This document shows, piece by piece, positions 24,771-37,457 of a stretch of DNA of 64,000 bases. Source of the stretch: Squalus acanthias (Eukaryota); the NCBI GenBank assembly GCA_030390025.1, contig CM059433.1:19656001-19720000 (forward strand). Direction: 5' to 3'. Position numbers and translations under genes: made by a program. Each line of letters begins with the position of its first letter. The first letter of the stretch is position 1. The notes under the pieces were generated by a model. It was not told the origin of the DNA. It saw only the letters and a program-made list of their open reading frames with translations, and searched no databases.

Positions 24771-25769
24771 ATACATTCTCTGACTGACGCCTGTTTTTCA
24801 CCCAAACTGAAACAAGGGCTGATATCATAACTTTATTTCTATAAAGTTGCTAATTATTTTAAAGACATGTAGCCATGCCACCTGCATGACACCGGAAAAC
24901 ATCTGTGTCAATATTTAAAAAAAACCTTTGCATTCTCCCTCTTCTTGTCTCTAATGCTCCCAGATTGCACACATACTACTCATAACCGTGGGCACAGGGA
25001 GATCATTACAAAACATTATTAATTCAACCTGTCAGTTGTCAGATGCGTGTTAACAAAATGCCATTCAATTCATATTCTTTAATTGTTATTTGATCTTATC
25101 GGATGCAACAGAAACATGAACAGAATTAAGCGTTTTCAAATATTAAACCTCAGTTAGCATCAAAGAAATCAAAGTCATGTACACTATCTATCAAAGTGCT
25201 TCATAAATGTACTTATCACAGGAGTATCAGAACTGAATTTAAATCCATGCGTTGACCAGCAGAAGGACCAGGAATCCAAGGCTGGCAGTAAGAGTCTGTT
25301 CGCAGAATACCAAGCTTCTCCAAAATGATCACTAACAGGCTTTGAATATGTAGTTCAACACATGTATATTTAAAATCTATCAGAAGCAGTACATCGATTA
25401 CAGAATTTCAAAATGAAGAATGTCATAGTACAAAAAAATCAGCATTCAGATTTTCTGGGAGAAAAGTGGGCATCCTAATTAATGTCATTTACAGATGCAA
25501 AAGGATAGAATTTGCAGATTTTGCTACCTTCAGACAGACCTAGCGTTCCTTCCAAGGTGCAGCCAGCAAGAGGTCAAGTTTCTTCCATCGTTAATGAAAA
25601 TGTACAACAGTTGCCTTCGCACCAACACTGAAAGTACCTCTTTCCCCACCTGCACCGAGACGTTACCTTGCTACACAGGCAAAGCAAAACTGATGACCCC
25701 CACAACATTTCTAGGAAGTTCATTTTAATGACTTACTGGGTAAATGTACCATGTGGTGCTGTTCTGAAC

Positions 25770-26075
25770 AATACAAGCCACGAAAGGCCGAGGTTCAATC
25801 CCTGACCTGTGCTCACTGGTTGCTTTCAGCTGAGGTGGTAATGAGGCCTTCGTATCCCTGGTCTAGGGAGGGGGAAAATCAGCCAGGATTCCTGTTCCTG
25901 ATTGCTATCCAATAAACCCTGCTTGAAAGTGTGTGTGAGTGCCGCAGGACAGGAGTGGGCTTCACTGTGATACCCCACGCTCATATAGTCTGCTGACAGT
26001 TAAGAATGGCCACTTGGGCAAGGTCCTGCGTGGCGATGGAAGAGTACCCCAGCATGAGTGGCTGCCTTCGAAAGG
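25770..26075 (+). mobile_element. Decayed tRNA-derived SINE-like repeat (second family)
   Basis: Box-B-like GGTTCAATCCC at ~25792, followed by a body I recall as a chondrichthyan SINE; not verifiable within the window. Confidence 0.45.
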
Positions 26076-26209
26076 GGAGTAAAGAGCATAATATTGGGAT
26101 AGAGAATTAAATTCATTCCGTAAGTATTTTCTCTACAAGTAGAGTTTCTCCCAAGCAATATGGATTAAGTTGTTTGTGATAAATCAGACACAATAGATGT
26201 TGAAACATT

Positions 26210-26755
26210 GGGGTCGATTTTAACTCAAGGCGAGTTCGGGGCAGGCGGGGTGTAGGGCAGGAGGGAAAGCCCGGTGGAGAGTTGAACATGAGGCCCGGGC
26301 TATTTTAGGGATGGGCAATAAATGCTGGCCTTGCCAGCGACACCCACATCCCATAAAACGAATAAAAAAATCCCCCCATCCCAGGAACCAGTCTGGTGAA
26401 CCTTCATTGCACTCCCTCTATGGCAAGTATATCCTTCCTTAGGTAAGGAGACCAAAACTGTACACAATACTCCAGGTGTGGTCTCACCAGGGCCCTATAT
26501 AATTGCAATAAGACAGCTTTACTCTTATACTCAAATCCTCTTGTAACAAAAGCCAACATACCATTTGCTTTCCTAATTGCTTGCTGTACCTGCAGGTTAA
26601 CTTTCAGTGATCCCTGTCTGCCTGGGGTGAGCGGCCCTCCCGTGCCTGTTTTGAAGTGAGTTAAGATGGTGGGGCGCGAATCTCCCCATCCCCTAACATG
26701 TTAACAACATTCCCCGCCCCAATTACGACAGGCGAGTTGGTTTAAAATATACCCC
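26210..26755. mobile_element. Harbinger-type MITE containing a family-B LINE tail (+, ~26306-26370) and a CR1-A fragment (-, ~26371-26610)
   Basis: TIR GGGGTCGATTTTAA / TTAAAATATACCCC; TSD ATT on both sides. Confidence 0.75.
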
Positions 26756-27098
26756 ATTTTGTCAGGTGCAAACCAGCCACAAAAGGGAGCTACTCAGCTC
26801 CACCAACAGAGAAGCGATGAATAGTGTCAGGGTAGTTGTGGGGTGGGGGCTTCACGTCTCTGCTGGGGAGAGTCGGATTGCATGGGCGTTTAGCCTTACA
26901 CTGGGGAAGATTTGGTGATGCATTTGTGTGATGCATCAGGGAAACTAAAAGTATGCACAGAAATTCCACATTCAAAAATAAAAGAAGAAAATAAATAGGT
27001 TTGAAAAGCTGTCGAAACATGATAAACAGCTCAAAATCTAGGGCAACATTTATCTGCCTTCATGGCTCCACTTATGTCCTGAAGGAATTGTGTAACAT

Positions 27099-27474
27099 TA
27101 GGGTTGCCAACCCTCCAGGAAGGAATTAAATATTAATCTCCAGGACACTGCTGCGAGCAACCTGGGAATAAAATCGCAGGGGCATTCAAATAAATTGTGT
27201 GTTTTTTTTTCATTTTCTTTGAACAAGTTTGTTTATTAGTTATAAAAATGTTGGAGATGGGAAAAAAAGGGCTGTTTAACTGACAGTCAAGATTCATCGA
27301 ATTGGGTAACAAAGAGCTTTGTCCGCTTTCCAATTGCCGTGGGAAGGCCGTGCGCTGTGAGGATGGACGTGTCGGGCGACCAATGGCGGGGGCCGTAGGG
27401 GCCGGGATGGTTGGAGGCGGAAGGTCATGTGATGAAACCTCCTGGAATACATCCAACCAGAGTTGGCAACCCTA
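27099..27474. mobile_element. hAT-like MITE
   Basis: Perfect 13-bp TIR TAGGGTTGCCAAC / GTTGGCAACCCTA; degenerate 8-bp TSD TGTAACAT/TATAGAAT (5/8). Confidence 0.75.
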
Positions 27475-28535
27475 TATAGAATGTACAGGAGCCAATAAAA
27501 TGGCATCACAGGGCTTTTCTTAAAGGGACAGGCTTGTAAGTCAGTACAAATTACACAAAACTTTGGATTTTCAAAAACTTTTTTTGACGTGAAGTGGCAA
27601 AATTTTGCCCAGTGATTTTTTTTCAAATGTTCTCATTTTTCCTCCGACCCCTTCCTCCGTGACAGGTTGCAGTTGCATCGAAAAAAGCAATGGCCCTCTC
27701 CAGTGGCTATTTTTCATGTGTGGCCCTGCATAGGTTTTGAATTCAATGGAGATCAAATTTGAGGCCAATCCTAGAGGACTCACTGGATGATGACCAGTGG
27801 TGGGGAAACCCTGGCCGGTTTTCCGTTATCCAGCGTGAATAATATCAGCTAACTCAATACACGAAAAGGATGAAAGCCTGGGATGTCCCTGTTCTCTATG
27901 GCTCAGGAACAACCCACTCAGTATGGCATTGAGTTTGGAGTTGATCACCATAGCCCAAAATTCGAGAAGTATATGTCAAAATCAGCAAGATGTAAATACT
28001 AATTACAATTGACTACAATGTGTCATTTTAGTTTTGGGGGGAAAGGGTATATAAGAATTGATCCCTTCCTCTGGTTCTAGTCTTGCTGAACCACTCACCC
28101 TCTGACGTTAAAGGGATGAGCGGGTGACCTGTTCCTCTGCCTCTGTCAATCCCTCAGCTGACAGGAGATGCATGAAAGTAACCCAGAGATGACCGATGCT
28201 CTGATTTTCTTCCTCTTCCTGTGGGGTGCTGACTAGATCCCACTGTGCGGAAGCTCAGCACCACCAAATGTGAAGTGAAATGGGACTGGACATCACAGTG
28301 TTGCTTTTTTCTTCAAAAAGGGAACTCCCCATTCTCTGTATAATGTGCATTGATTGAATTATTTGTGCTGTAATTCAGTCCGTATGAAAGGATGGAGTCA
28401 GAAACGGTAAGAATAATGTTCGGGGGATTTATGTTGGCCGTTTGAAGCTCGAGATTGGATTAACGCCTTACATTCACGAATAGGTGCTTGCAACGTGCTA
28501 TTACTTGAGAATAACTGGGAATATTCATCGATATT

Positions 28536-28671
28536 GGGGCGAATTTTCTCAGAGCTTCTCCCACTTTGCCACCCTAACTTTGGCAGAAGTGTGGTGGAAA
28601 CCCCATTTACGCTGCACTTCCGGTGAGGTTACATCGGTGGAGCAGGAGAAGCTACAAGGAAATTCACCCCC
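28536..28671. mobile_element. Very short Harbinger-type MITE
   Basis: GGGGCGAATTT ... AAATTCACCCCC flanked by ATT/ATT. Confidence 0.55.
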
Positions 28672-28694
28672 ATTATCTTCACTCTCGCACATGG

Positions 28695-28955
28695 AATCAT
28701 AGAATGAGGCAGCACAGAAGGAGGCCATTCGGCCCATCGTGCCCGTGCCGGCTCTTTGAACGAACTATCCAATGAGTCTCACTTCCCTGCTCTTACCCCA
28801 TAGCCCTGCAAATTATTTCCTTTTCAAATATATATCCAAATCCCTTTTAAAAGTTACGATTGAATCTGCTTCCTCTCAGGCAGTGCATTCCAGATCATAA
28901 CAACTCGCTGCCTGAAACATTTTCTCCTCATCTCACATCTGGTTCTTTTGCCAAT
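28695..28955 (-). mobile_element. CR1 3' end fragment
   Basis: GCACAGAAGGAGGCCATTCGGCCCATCG...GCATTCCAGATCATAACAACTCGCTG is the reverse complement of a CR1 terminus. Confidence 0.75.
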
Positions 28956-30094
28956 CTGTTTCTTTGGGTTAGAATGTGAAGGTAGCTTTGGATTACAAAG
29001 GACAGAGGGGATGACTGGGTTTATGGTGTAGGAACTGGAAGTATATTAAATAACATGACAGCTCCTCCAGTGTTACCAGGTGTTTTTTTGTGTGTGCGTT
29101 ACATTAGAAGATAAACCAGACAGTGAGCTCTCCTGTAGACAACTCTAATAGGATGTCATACTTACATGAAGTGGTTTCCTCTCATACAGCCCAGTCCTCC
29201 TTTTATTCTGGATTTTGCTTCATTTAAATTACTGAGGCTAGAAATGAAAATACATCCCTAGTGCATTAAATTGAAACGCGGAATAAACTGCATCTACATT
29301 ACACTTTCCCAGCTTCTCTGATAACGGCGATTTAACAGAGCAACTCTGGAAATACACTGTATAATCTTGCTGTTTTCTCCAGTGTTTATTTGCAACGCAG
29401 CCTGCTTGCCTTTGAGGGATGGTTTCATTGACTATCCCTCCGGGTATTTTACATTCATGCCTGTGTTTTCTCTCTCTCTGTATCTGACAGTTAGTAGGAA
29501 CAGTTTCAGACTGCTGAAAAGCTTTTTACTTTTGTTTTTGTGATATTTAAGTATGAGAAACATGTCTATTTTTCTAATGCAACCCGATACATTTTAAAAG
29601 CATGTTTGGGAATATAATGGACGGGGGTGGAGGGAGAGAGGAGGAGGGAGAGAGATCGTTGAGACAAGGTACGAAGTGAGAATCCACCACTATTAAAATG
29701 AAACAACATTTCAGTATGAATGCAGGAAGGTAAAGTGATGCCGAAGGTAGTCTCTCTCTTCAAAGAGGCATGGGAAAGGGGAGAAGGCATTTTATAGAAA
29801 GTAAGACACTTTGAGTGGAAAGTATACCATTTCTACATTGAATAACTTCACAGTGAGAAAGCAACATCAACAAACAGTTTAAAGTTGCAAAATATTACAA
29901 ATATTCATTGAAAGTGTATATTTCCTCCTGAAAACAGATTGCAAGCATTAGAATCAAGTTTATGCAATGACCGTTTGTCTTGGGTTGCAGATTGAAGAAA
30001 TAATTCAGGGAGGGGTTAATATTGGAGACAACATTATGGTTAAAAAGTGCAGTCCAGGTATCCGTACCTGACATTGTAGCAACAGCTGGGAGTA

Positions 30095-30350
30095 CAAAGA
30101 GTGAGACAGATAGACATACAGACTGTTAGAATAACAGAAAGACACATACAAACAGACACAGTGATGGAGAGAGTGACACACCCAACGAGAGTGACAGTGA
30201 CAGACTTAGAGTAACAAAGAGAGAGATGCATACAGTGAGAGTGAGAGGCAGAGAGTGAAACAGAACGCATACAGTAACATAGAGAGACGCAGACAAAAAA
30301 GTGGCAGAGACAGATAGAGAGTGACAGTCAGAGTAACACACACAAACATA
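30095..30350. repeat. Degenerate (GA/GACA)n low-complexity tract (continues at 31250-31480)
   Basis: Visible purine-rich simple repeat on both sides of the MITE. Confidence 0.8.
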
Positions 30351-30368
30351 TGGTGAAAGGAGCAGATT

Positions 30369-31247
30369 GGCCCCGATTTTAACTCCAGGTGGATTCCTCA
30401 CTCAGGCCTGAGTTAAAATTGCAGTCGGGTCTCAATGATGTCATTGGGCCACAACATACTTATGTAAAGAACGAATACGAACAAAAAATGCTGGAAATAC
30501 TCAGCAGGTCAGGTCAGAGAAGTATTTTGCTGTTATATTAGTGTTTAATTCACTGTCATTTATCTTCCAGGAATGCCCACCTTGAAGAAGTTCTGCTCTT
30601 CTCTCTGATGAGATTTCCGTTTGTCTCTTGTACCTTGTTCATCTTCATTGCTTTCTGTTTCCCTTCTCGTGTTTGGTCAGGTATCTATCAAAACTTGCTT
30701 TCACAGCCACATCTCTTTCCTCAGCAATTGTCTCCGGCTCCGACTTATTCTACGTGGATTCCAACTGAAATTCCACCCTTCATGTTTCGGAGCCACCCAG
30801 AATTATAGATATCTCCCAAGATATTCAGCGTTCTTCGAACCATTGCTCTCGCCGCATCCTGAGATCCTGCTCAACGTCATGCGTCGCCACATGCACACTC
30901 TCGATCTTAAAACCTGCTATATCTCTAACTTTTTCCAGTTCGGACGAAGGATCATCGACCTGAAACATTTACTCTGTTTTTCTCTCCACAGATGCTGCCT
31001 GACCTGCTGAGTATTTCCAGCATTTTCTGTTTTTATTTCAGATTTCTAGTATCTGCAGTATTTTGCTTTTATATGTAAAGAAGGACCCTGTTGGCTCCGG
31101 GCGTGTGTCCTTGCTGTATGCTCAGGAGAGCAGGTTAAAATTGCAGATGTTGCAATCGTGGCGGCTTTTGGACAGGTAAGAGCCAGGCTGATTTTAACTG
31201 CCCACTCGCCAGGTTTCTGCTGAGCAAGTGGGGTTAAAATCGTTGCC
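30369..31247. mobile_element. Harbinger-type MITE with nested Penelope fragment
   Basis: TIR GGCCCCGATTTTAAC / GTTAAAATCGTTGCC; TSD not preserved. Confidence 0.65.
30472..31071 (+). mobile_element. Internally deleted Penelope-like element (P1-related): inverted stub, ORF N-terminus, pLTR
   Basis: 11-bp TSD TATGTAAAGAA (30461-30471, 31072-31082). ORF 30621 FHSHISFLSNCLRLRLI.RGFQLKF resembles PLE N-termini. 30930-31070 matches 480-620, with a core-mutated hammerhead (CGGACGA). Confidence 0.8.
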
Positions 31248-32044
31248 AGAATAACAGAGAGAGAGACAGAGATAGACAGATAGAGACCTACAAAGTGACA
31301 GGGAGACAGGCAGACAGATTATGGCAGCGAATGTAAGAGAGAGACAGAGAGAGATGTAAAAAGTGACAGAGACAGACAGTGATAGAGATCATGAGAGAGG
31401 GAGAGTGAGACTGAGACAGAGACAGAGGTTGACAGAGTGAGAGAGACAGAAAAAGAAAGGGACAGAGAGTTAGGGAGAGACAGTATTGAAGCTTGGCTCC
31501 GTCGGTTTCTAGCTGTCATTTTCATAAGTCTGTAATATACTTGATAGTATAGTTATAAGGAAATAAGGGAAGTCAATTATAGCAACTGTACATACTTATT
31601 ACTCCAATAATGTGCGTGGAATGCCTGATTAATTACCATACTTACTGTAACAAGTGGTCTGTCGTAGTAATAAAATCTTAAAAAATGGTCAGGCCAGGAG
31701 ATACGAAAGATTATGGAGATGCCAGCTCTCTGAGGAATCAGTGTCTTATTTCATATATTTTATTAACTGATTTCATAACACAGGGCATGTTTGCTTGCAA
31801 AGATTGCTAAATTCTCAAAGGAAATATATTTTTTTCTCGGTTCCTTAGTTATTTTTCATTCCTCTGTCATTCCCGTGCCATGTATCATTCTCTACCCTGA
31901 TGGCTCAGCTGAAATTGGGGAACTGGTTGTGTGGACAGCTGTGTCTTTTAGACCATGGCTTTCCTCGTGTGGTGAGATGCATTAAGCTATTAAGTACTGT
32001 GCCACTGATGCTGTCTCTCAGAGACAGAAATAGCATGAAACAGT

Positions 32045-32483
32045 AATAAAAGAAAGACTTGCATTTGTGTAGCACCTTTCGCAACCTCAGGACATCCCAA
32101 AGTGCTTTACAGCCAATGAAGTACTTTTTGAAGTGTAGCCACTGTTGTAATGCGAGAAACATGGCAGCCAATTTGCGCCCAGCAAGGTTCAACAAGCAAC
32201 AATGTGATAATAACCAGAGTTAGTGATGTTGGTTAAGAGATAAATGTTGGCCAGGACACCTGGGAGAACTTCCCTGCTCTTCTTCGAAATAGTGCCTTGG
32301 GATCTTTTACGAGAGTGCAGACAGGACCTCGGTTGAATGGCACGCTCCAACGGTACAGCCCTCCCTCAGTATTGCACTGGAGTTTCAGGCTAGATTTTGT
32401 GCTCATGTTTCTGGAGTGGGACTTGAATCCATGACCTTCTGACTCAGAGGTGAGAGTGCTACCCACTGAGCCACAGCTGACAC
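32045..32483 (-). mobile_element. Near full-length tRNA-derived DeuSINE-like SINE (SacSINE1-like)
   Basis: Minus strand: GTGTCAGCTGTGGCTCAGTGGGTAGC (box A), GATTCAAGTCC (box B), AAAAGATCCCAAGGCACTATTTCGAAGAAGAGCAGGG (Deu-like), L2-type tail. Confidence 0.85.
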
Positions 32484-32636
32484 TACAATAGCTCATCTTC
32501 AACAGGAAACACAAACTTATCTTTACTGAGCACCTTACATGCAGCAAAATATCCTAAGGCAATGTACATGGGAGCAGTGGACACTGAGCAGGAAGTATGA
32601 CAAATGTTAGAGGAGGTGACTGAAGGAAAAGTCAAT

Positions 32637-33500
32637 GGGGGACAATTATCGGCCGGGCGCATAGTTTAGCGCCTGGTGCTAATTATTGCCTCCGACTGCA
32701 AACTTGGCTTCTATCGCCCCTGGAGGTGATTGGAGTGCTAAATCAGGCGCTTCACACCTCTCTTAAGGCGCTAACGCCGAGGAGCGAGGCGCTACCTCAG
32801 AGCGCTGGCGAAGCTCATGTGATGTCAGTCAGCAATGGAATGCAGACACAATGGCGCAGCCAGTTCTTAAAGGGGAGGGTCGATCTTGCTCTCCATCCAC
32901 ACCCTGCTCATTGCAGCCTTGAATCTCGGCCTGGAGAGACCTGTACATCAAATCTGCTGGAAAGAACAATGGAGAGAACCCAGGGAAAGAGCTCAGAGTG
33001 CAGCCCCCACAGTCTCTTCTAAATCGATGCAAGGAAGGTCAAATCAAAATGAACCTGCAAAGTGCTGCTCAGTACCCAAAACTCCTTCACACAGCATTGA
33101 ATCTCTCCAGAAGTCTCTCTCTCTCTCTCAGAATGCGTGGTGCAAAAATGTCGCCGACAAAAAAAGGCAGGAAGCGGTCACCTTTAAATAGCGCTCCCCC
33201 AGTCCCTTCCCGACTGCAAAACGCTCCCCTCAACCTGTCGTTGCTAGCGGTAGGTGGTAAGGCAGGGGGCGCCACTCAATATCCGGTCCGGGGCACTACC
33301 GGGGCGTTGCACGCTCGACTGATGTCATGATCTGTGGGCGCAGGAGATCGTGGTGGTAGTGTTTAGCGCCGCCGCAAAATGTCTGGTCAATTTTGTGAGC
33401 GGCGCAAACATCGCCGCGCCTGGGCGCTAGTTGCTTTGCACCCCATTAGCGTCCTCTTAGGGTGCTAACGGGAGGCGCAAAGCAACCGAATTTTTCCCCC
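32637..33500. mobile_element. Harbinger-type MITE / deletion derivative
   Basis: GGGGGACAATT.TCGG / CCGAATTTTTCCCCC; TSD AAT/ATT; GC-rich TAGCGCC subterminal repeats. Confidence 0.75.
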
Positions 33501-33756
33501 ATTGTTTTGAGGAGGGTGTTGAAGGTGAGGAGGCAGAAAAGTAAAGAAGTTTAGGAAGAGAAATCCATAGCATTTTGACATGGTGTCTGAAGACTTTTTG
33601 ACTGACTATGGAGTGGAGGGAGAGATGCACAGTAACCCAGAGTCATAAAAGTGGACAGCGGAGGCTGGGACATCGAGCTGGAGAAGATTGCAGAGATAGG
33701 GCAGGGTGAGACCATGAAATGGATTTGAAAATGAGGATGAATATTTTGAAGTTAAT

Positions 33757-34544
33757 GGGTTGGATTTTACCAGCCCTGAGGAGGCGGGTTTGGAGGCGGG
33801 ACAGCTGGGAAAATGGGAAAAATTGGGAGCAGGTCCCAACCCTGCTCCCAACCCACCTCCGAACCATCTTCCCGGGAGGCAGGTCCCCGACTCGCGCAGG
33901 GACCCGTCTCCGAGCGGCGGGAAGGGGATTAGAGCCAATTAACTGTAGTTAACAGGCAGTTAAGAGGCTTTTCCCCATTTTCAGCCTGCTGATGTGGCCT
34001 TCCCTTCATTGGGAAACCCCGCCAGAGTCAGTGAGGCGAGCTGTGGGTCTGCTGCAGTGTAAGTGTGCAAATGACAGCTGCAGAGGTAGGGTGATGGGCG
34101 CAATGGTGCACAGGTAAGAATGACAGGTGAGAGAATGTAGTGAGAAATATTTTTATTCTGTTTATATATATCTGCAGGTGACAAGATTTGATGTTTCTTT
34201 GAAGCCTCATCTGATCGGTAGAATTGACAGATGGCTTCTGCAATCTCACATGCAGCTGCCATCTGTTTTCTCCTAAGGAGAGAGTCATTGGTGAGCCTGG
34301 GTGCAAGGGCTCACCTCTTGACAGTGATTGTCAGTGTTTGACAGCATCTCAATGCTGTCAAACACTGTCAAAAAATTATGGTGCCTGTCACTTTAACAAA
34401 ACCGGCAGATGAAGCGTCATGCACTGACGTCATCTGACACCGGCTTTCCCTTAATTGGCCGGCAAGCCCACAGGGCTTAACAAGGCCAATCAAGGGAAAA
34501 TAGCATCAGGCCCCCAACGTGCCTCCTCAGGTAAGATCCCGGCC
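33757..34544. mobile_element. Harbinger-type MITE related to 3074-4845
   Basis: GGGTTGGATTTTACC / GGTAAGATCCCGGCC; TSD AAT on both sides; 34410-34500 resembles 4660-4750. Confidence 0.75.
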
Positions 34545-36738
34545 AATGTGTTGGGAGAGAGAGAACCAAGTGGAGGTCAGCAGGTGTGTGAGGGTAAGGG
34601 AGCTCAGGAGTAGTTTCCCCCCCACCCCGCCCCAGAATAGAGGGTGGAGATAGTCAAGGTAAAGAGAAGTAGGTAATGCTGATGAGGAGGAATTAGTCAG
34701 AACTGCTTTTGTCAGTGACCATGATGTCATAGAGAAAAGCTTAGTGTGATGGCAAAGTTGAGGTGGTGGCTATTGGTGTGGTTGGGAGAGTTTATGTGCA
34801 GAGTGGGCTTGAATCTGGATGAGATGACAGAGAAATTGGAGGCAATGGAGCAGAATGAGTTTTGGTGCAGGTTGAAGTCACTGAGAATGAGGAGTCAACG
34901 GTGATTCCTTCCCCTTCTGCGTGTGGACAGCAAGGATGAGATTTTGATGAAGAAGTCACCCAGAGGGCTTGGAAGAGTGGTAGACGACTTTGAAGGAGAA
35001 GCAGGAGATGTATTAGAGAGGATGAAGTGGGACATGGGCCGCACTATCACAATGGCAGTTGCGGCAGAGACTTAGTGGAAAATGTAATTGGGTAGGGCCA
35101 TTTTAGTGAGGAGGTAGGAATCACCGTTGGGAAGCTTAGTTTTGGTCAGGCCCATTATGTTGGCGTGTTTATCTCGAATCAGGTCGTGGGTAGCATGAGA
35201 GAACAGACATTTTGTAAGGTGCTACCAAGTGGAGACACGCCAATGGGTTGGAGGGAGCATGTGAGTGGAATGGGTGACAGGGAGGATGTTGGTGAAGTTG
35301 GCCTCTGACAAGCAGATCTGCATCAGAAGAGGGAAATGAAGCAGTTTGTATGGTTACTTTGGTAGAGCAGGCAGCAAGTTCCATGGTGGCCATATCAAAA
35401 GTTGTTCAGGTTGCAGCAGAGAGAATCGAGAGCATGTCCAAGAGACACTCACACCCCAAGGATGGGAATAGTGGTAGGGTAAGGAATCAAAAGAGGCATG
35501 ATGCACTAAAGCTCAAATAATTCATTCCAGGAGTTTAGCAAATGTTCAAGCTAGTAACTTAAAAAAAAAAATCAGATGTACTTATTTTCAGTACAAACTT
35601 GATTATCCCAAATTAGGAGATACAGGCAGAGATGACACCTCAGGTTTGATCCTCCTCTGACCTTCTACTGCAGACTGTTTAAAAAGTGAGCATAGTTGGT
35701 TGCGTATGTTTTAGGACATCCATCTCTCTAAGGATGAATCTGTGATGCTTCATCTTATCACTAGGGCAGGAACCCAGTGATCCAGTGGCATCATTGCCCT
35801 AAAACTGATTTAAAAGAAACTAATTTTCATTAAAATGGGTGCAGTGTATATTAAAGTACTGACATGTGTTGCGAAGCAGTGGCCAGCTGAGAGTAGCATT
35901 GATAGAGAATCAGAGCAGGTCAGTCACTCACCACCTTGGCCACAGTTAAGCCCCGAAACTGAGAGTCTCCGCTCCCGATGTGGAACCTTGCTGACCGGAG
36001 CGCAGATAGGACAACTCCGACGCCTTGTGTTACTGTACGGATGTTGAAACTCTTCTAGTATTAAGGCAGGTGTATGATGCATTTTATAGTACGAGCATAT
36101 CTTGTGAGTACACACAAGCAAGTGCAGATCATTATAATGGAGCTAAAGATTCCCTGCCGGGTACGTTCCTGATTTTGGCCACGCTGCCAGAGGGATAGCA
36201 GCGAGAAGCTGGGTGATTCACCATCTGCAGGAAAATCACCATCCAAGTCCACCTCAGGCCACTCTTGAATATCTCCTAGTAGCTAGTTGCAAGCGGTGGC
36301 CTGGAGGATGTTGGCAGCCCACACTATCAACTGGGGCATTGTGCATGCTCTGAGGGGACTGGAAGGCAAAGGCAAGGATCAAAATACAAGAGAGCAGATC
36401 CAAAATTAATTCCGAATGGTTCTGAGTCCTGCTAATCTGTTTACGCAACTGGAAACTCTCTGTAAAATACTTTATATCCATCGACTTAAATAGGCCATTT
36501 ATGTTATTCAGTAGAGATTCACTATAACCAAGGCCATTACATTAAGATTTGACTTTTATAAGATTTGCTTTGATGAAGCTTTTGTTTTACTTAAGGGCAT
36601 CTCTAAGGGAGCAGGGGCTAGAAACTTGTTATAGTCAAGGAATGGGCGGTGTCAGTAGAAAAGTTGCAGAATTAGCGCCAGGCGCAAATGCTTTAGACGG
36701 CACGAAAAATTCGTGCTCACTGCTCAATAAAATGATTG

Positions 36739-37219
36739 GGGGGCGAAATTCCCCTCGTTTGCGCCTCCGATTATTTGATTATTGGAAGCGTTTTTGAGAT
36801 TTCAGAGTTTGCTGCTGAATAAGGAATCTTCATTTGCATTAGGGTGTGATTTGTTGGTTATTAGGCAGTTCTTCTCAAAGCAATGAAAAGGGTCTGTAGT
36901 ATGTGTCTGTCCTCCTCGAAGCAAGCAAAGCTGCAAATGAGCATCTGGTGAATGATCGAACCTTCCCTTTAAGAGCTGGAAAGAAGCAGCGCGAGTGATC
37001 AAATCTGTTTGGAACTCACCTGAAATTCGGCAGCTCTCGGCTGTTAGCGCCCCTGTAGCGCCCCACTGAGGACATTAGCGCTCGATTTAGTGCCCCGCTC
37101 CCTTCCTGGGGCGATGTCAGGGAATTTAGGTGAGTCTCAGTATCAATAGCGCAGGCGCTAACTTTTCAAACTTTTTCCAATTAGCACCTCAAATGGCACT
37201 CTAGGGGAATTTCGCCCCC
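36739..37219. mobile_element. MITE nested in Harbinger H2 copy 1
   Basis: Perfect 17-bp TIR GGGGGCGAAATTCCCCT; TSD TTG (36736-36738, 37220-37222); empty site in copy 2 at ~43960. Confidence 0.92.
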
Positions 37220-37457
37220 TTGGAGTCCTAAATCAAGTCTTAAAACCCAAGCTCATTGGTGTTACCCTTAAAGGGTGGACCTATATCAGGTGCAGTCGAA
37301 TCGCAACTCATTATTGCCACAGGCTTTTTTCACTACTTAAAGGAGAGGTTCATTGATGCTGCAGCCCCTCATTCTCAGCATTGCTGGCTGTGCAGCTGCC
37401 TCAGCAAGCAGAAGCAGAACAAGGAGAAGGAGCCGGAGGACTGAACCAGGTATGCTC

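Larger units (their letters stand above)
32500..35200 (-). mobile_element. Old L2 LINE remnant split by two MITEs
   Basis: FKIFILIFKSI.HGLTLPYLCNLLQL at 33670-33755, continuing after 34545; boundaries uncertain. Confidence 0.6.

Noticed and set aside
32410..32483. tRNA gene (also 13010-13080)
   Set aside because: A/B boxes are present, but there is no cloverleaf and the sequence continues into a SINE body.
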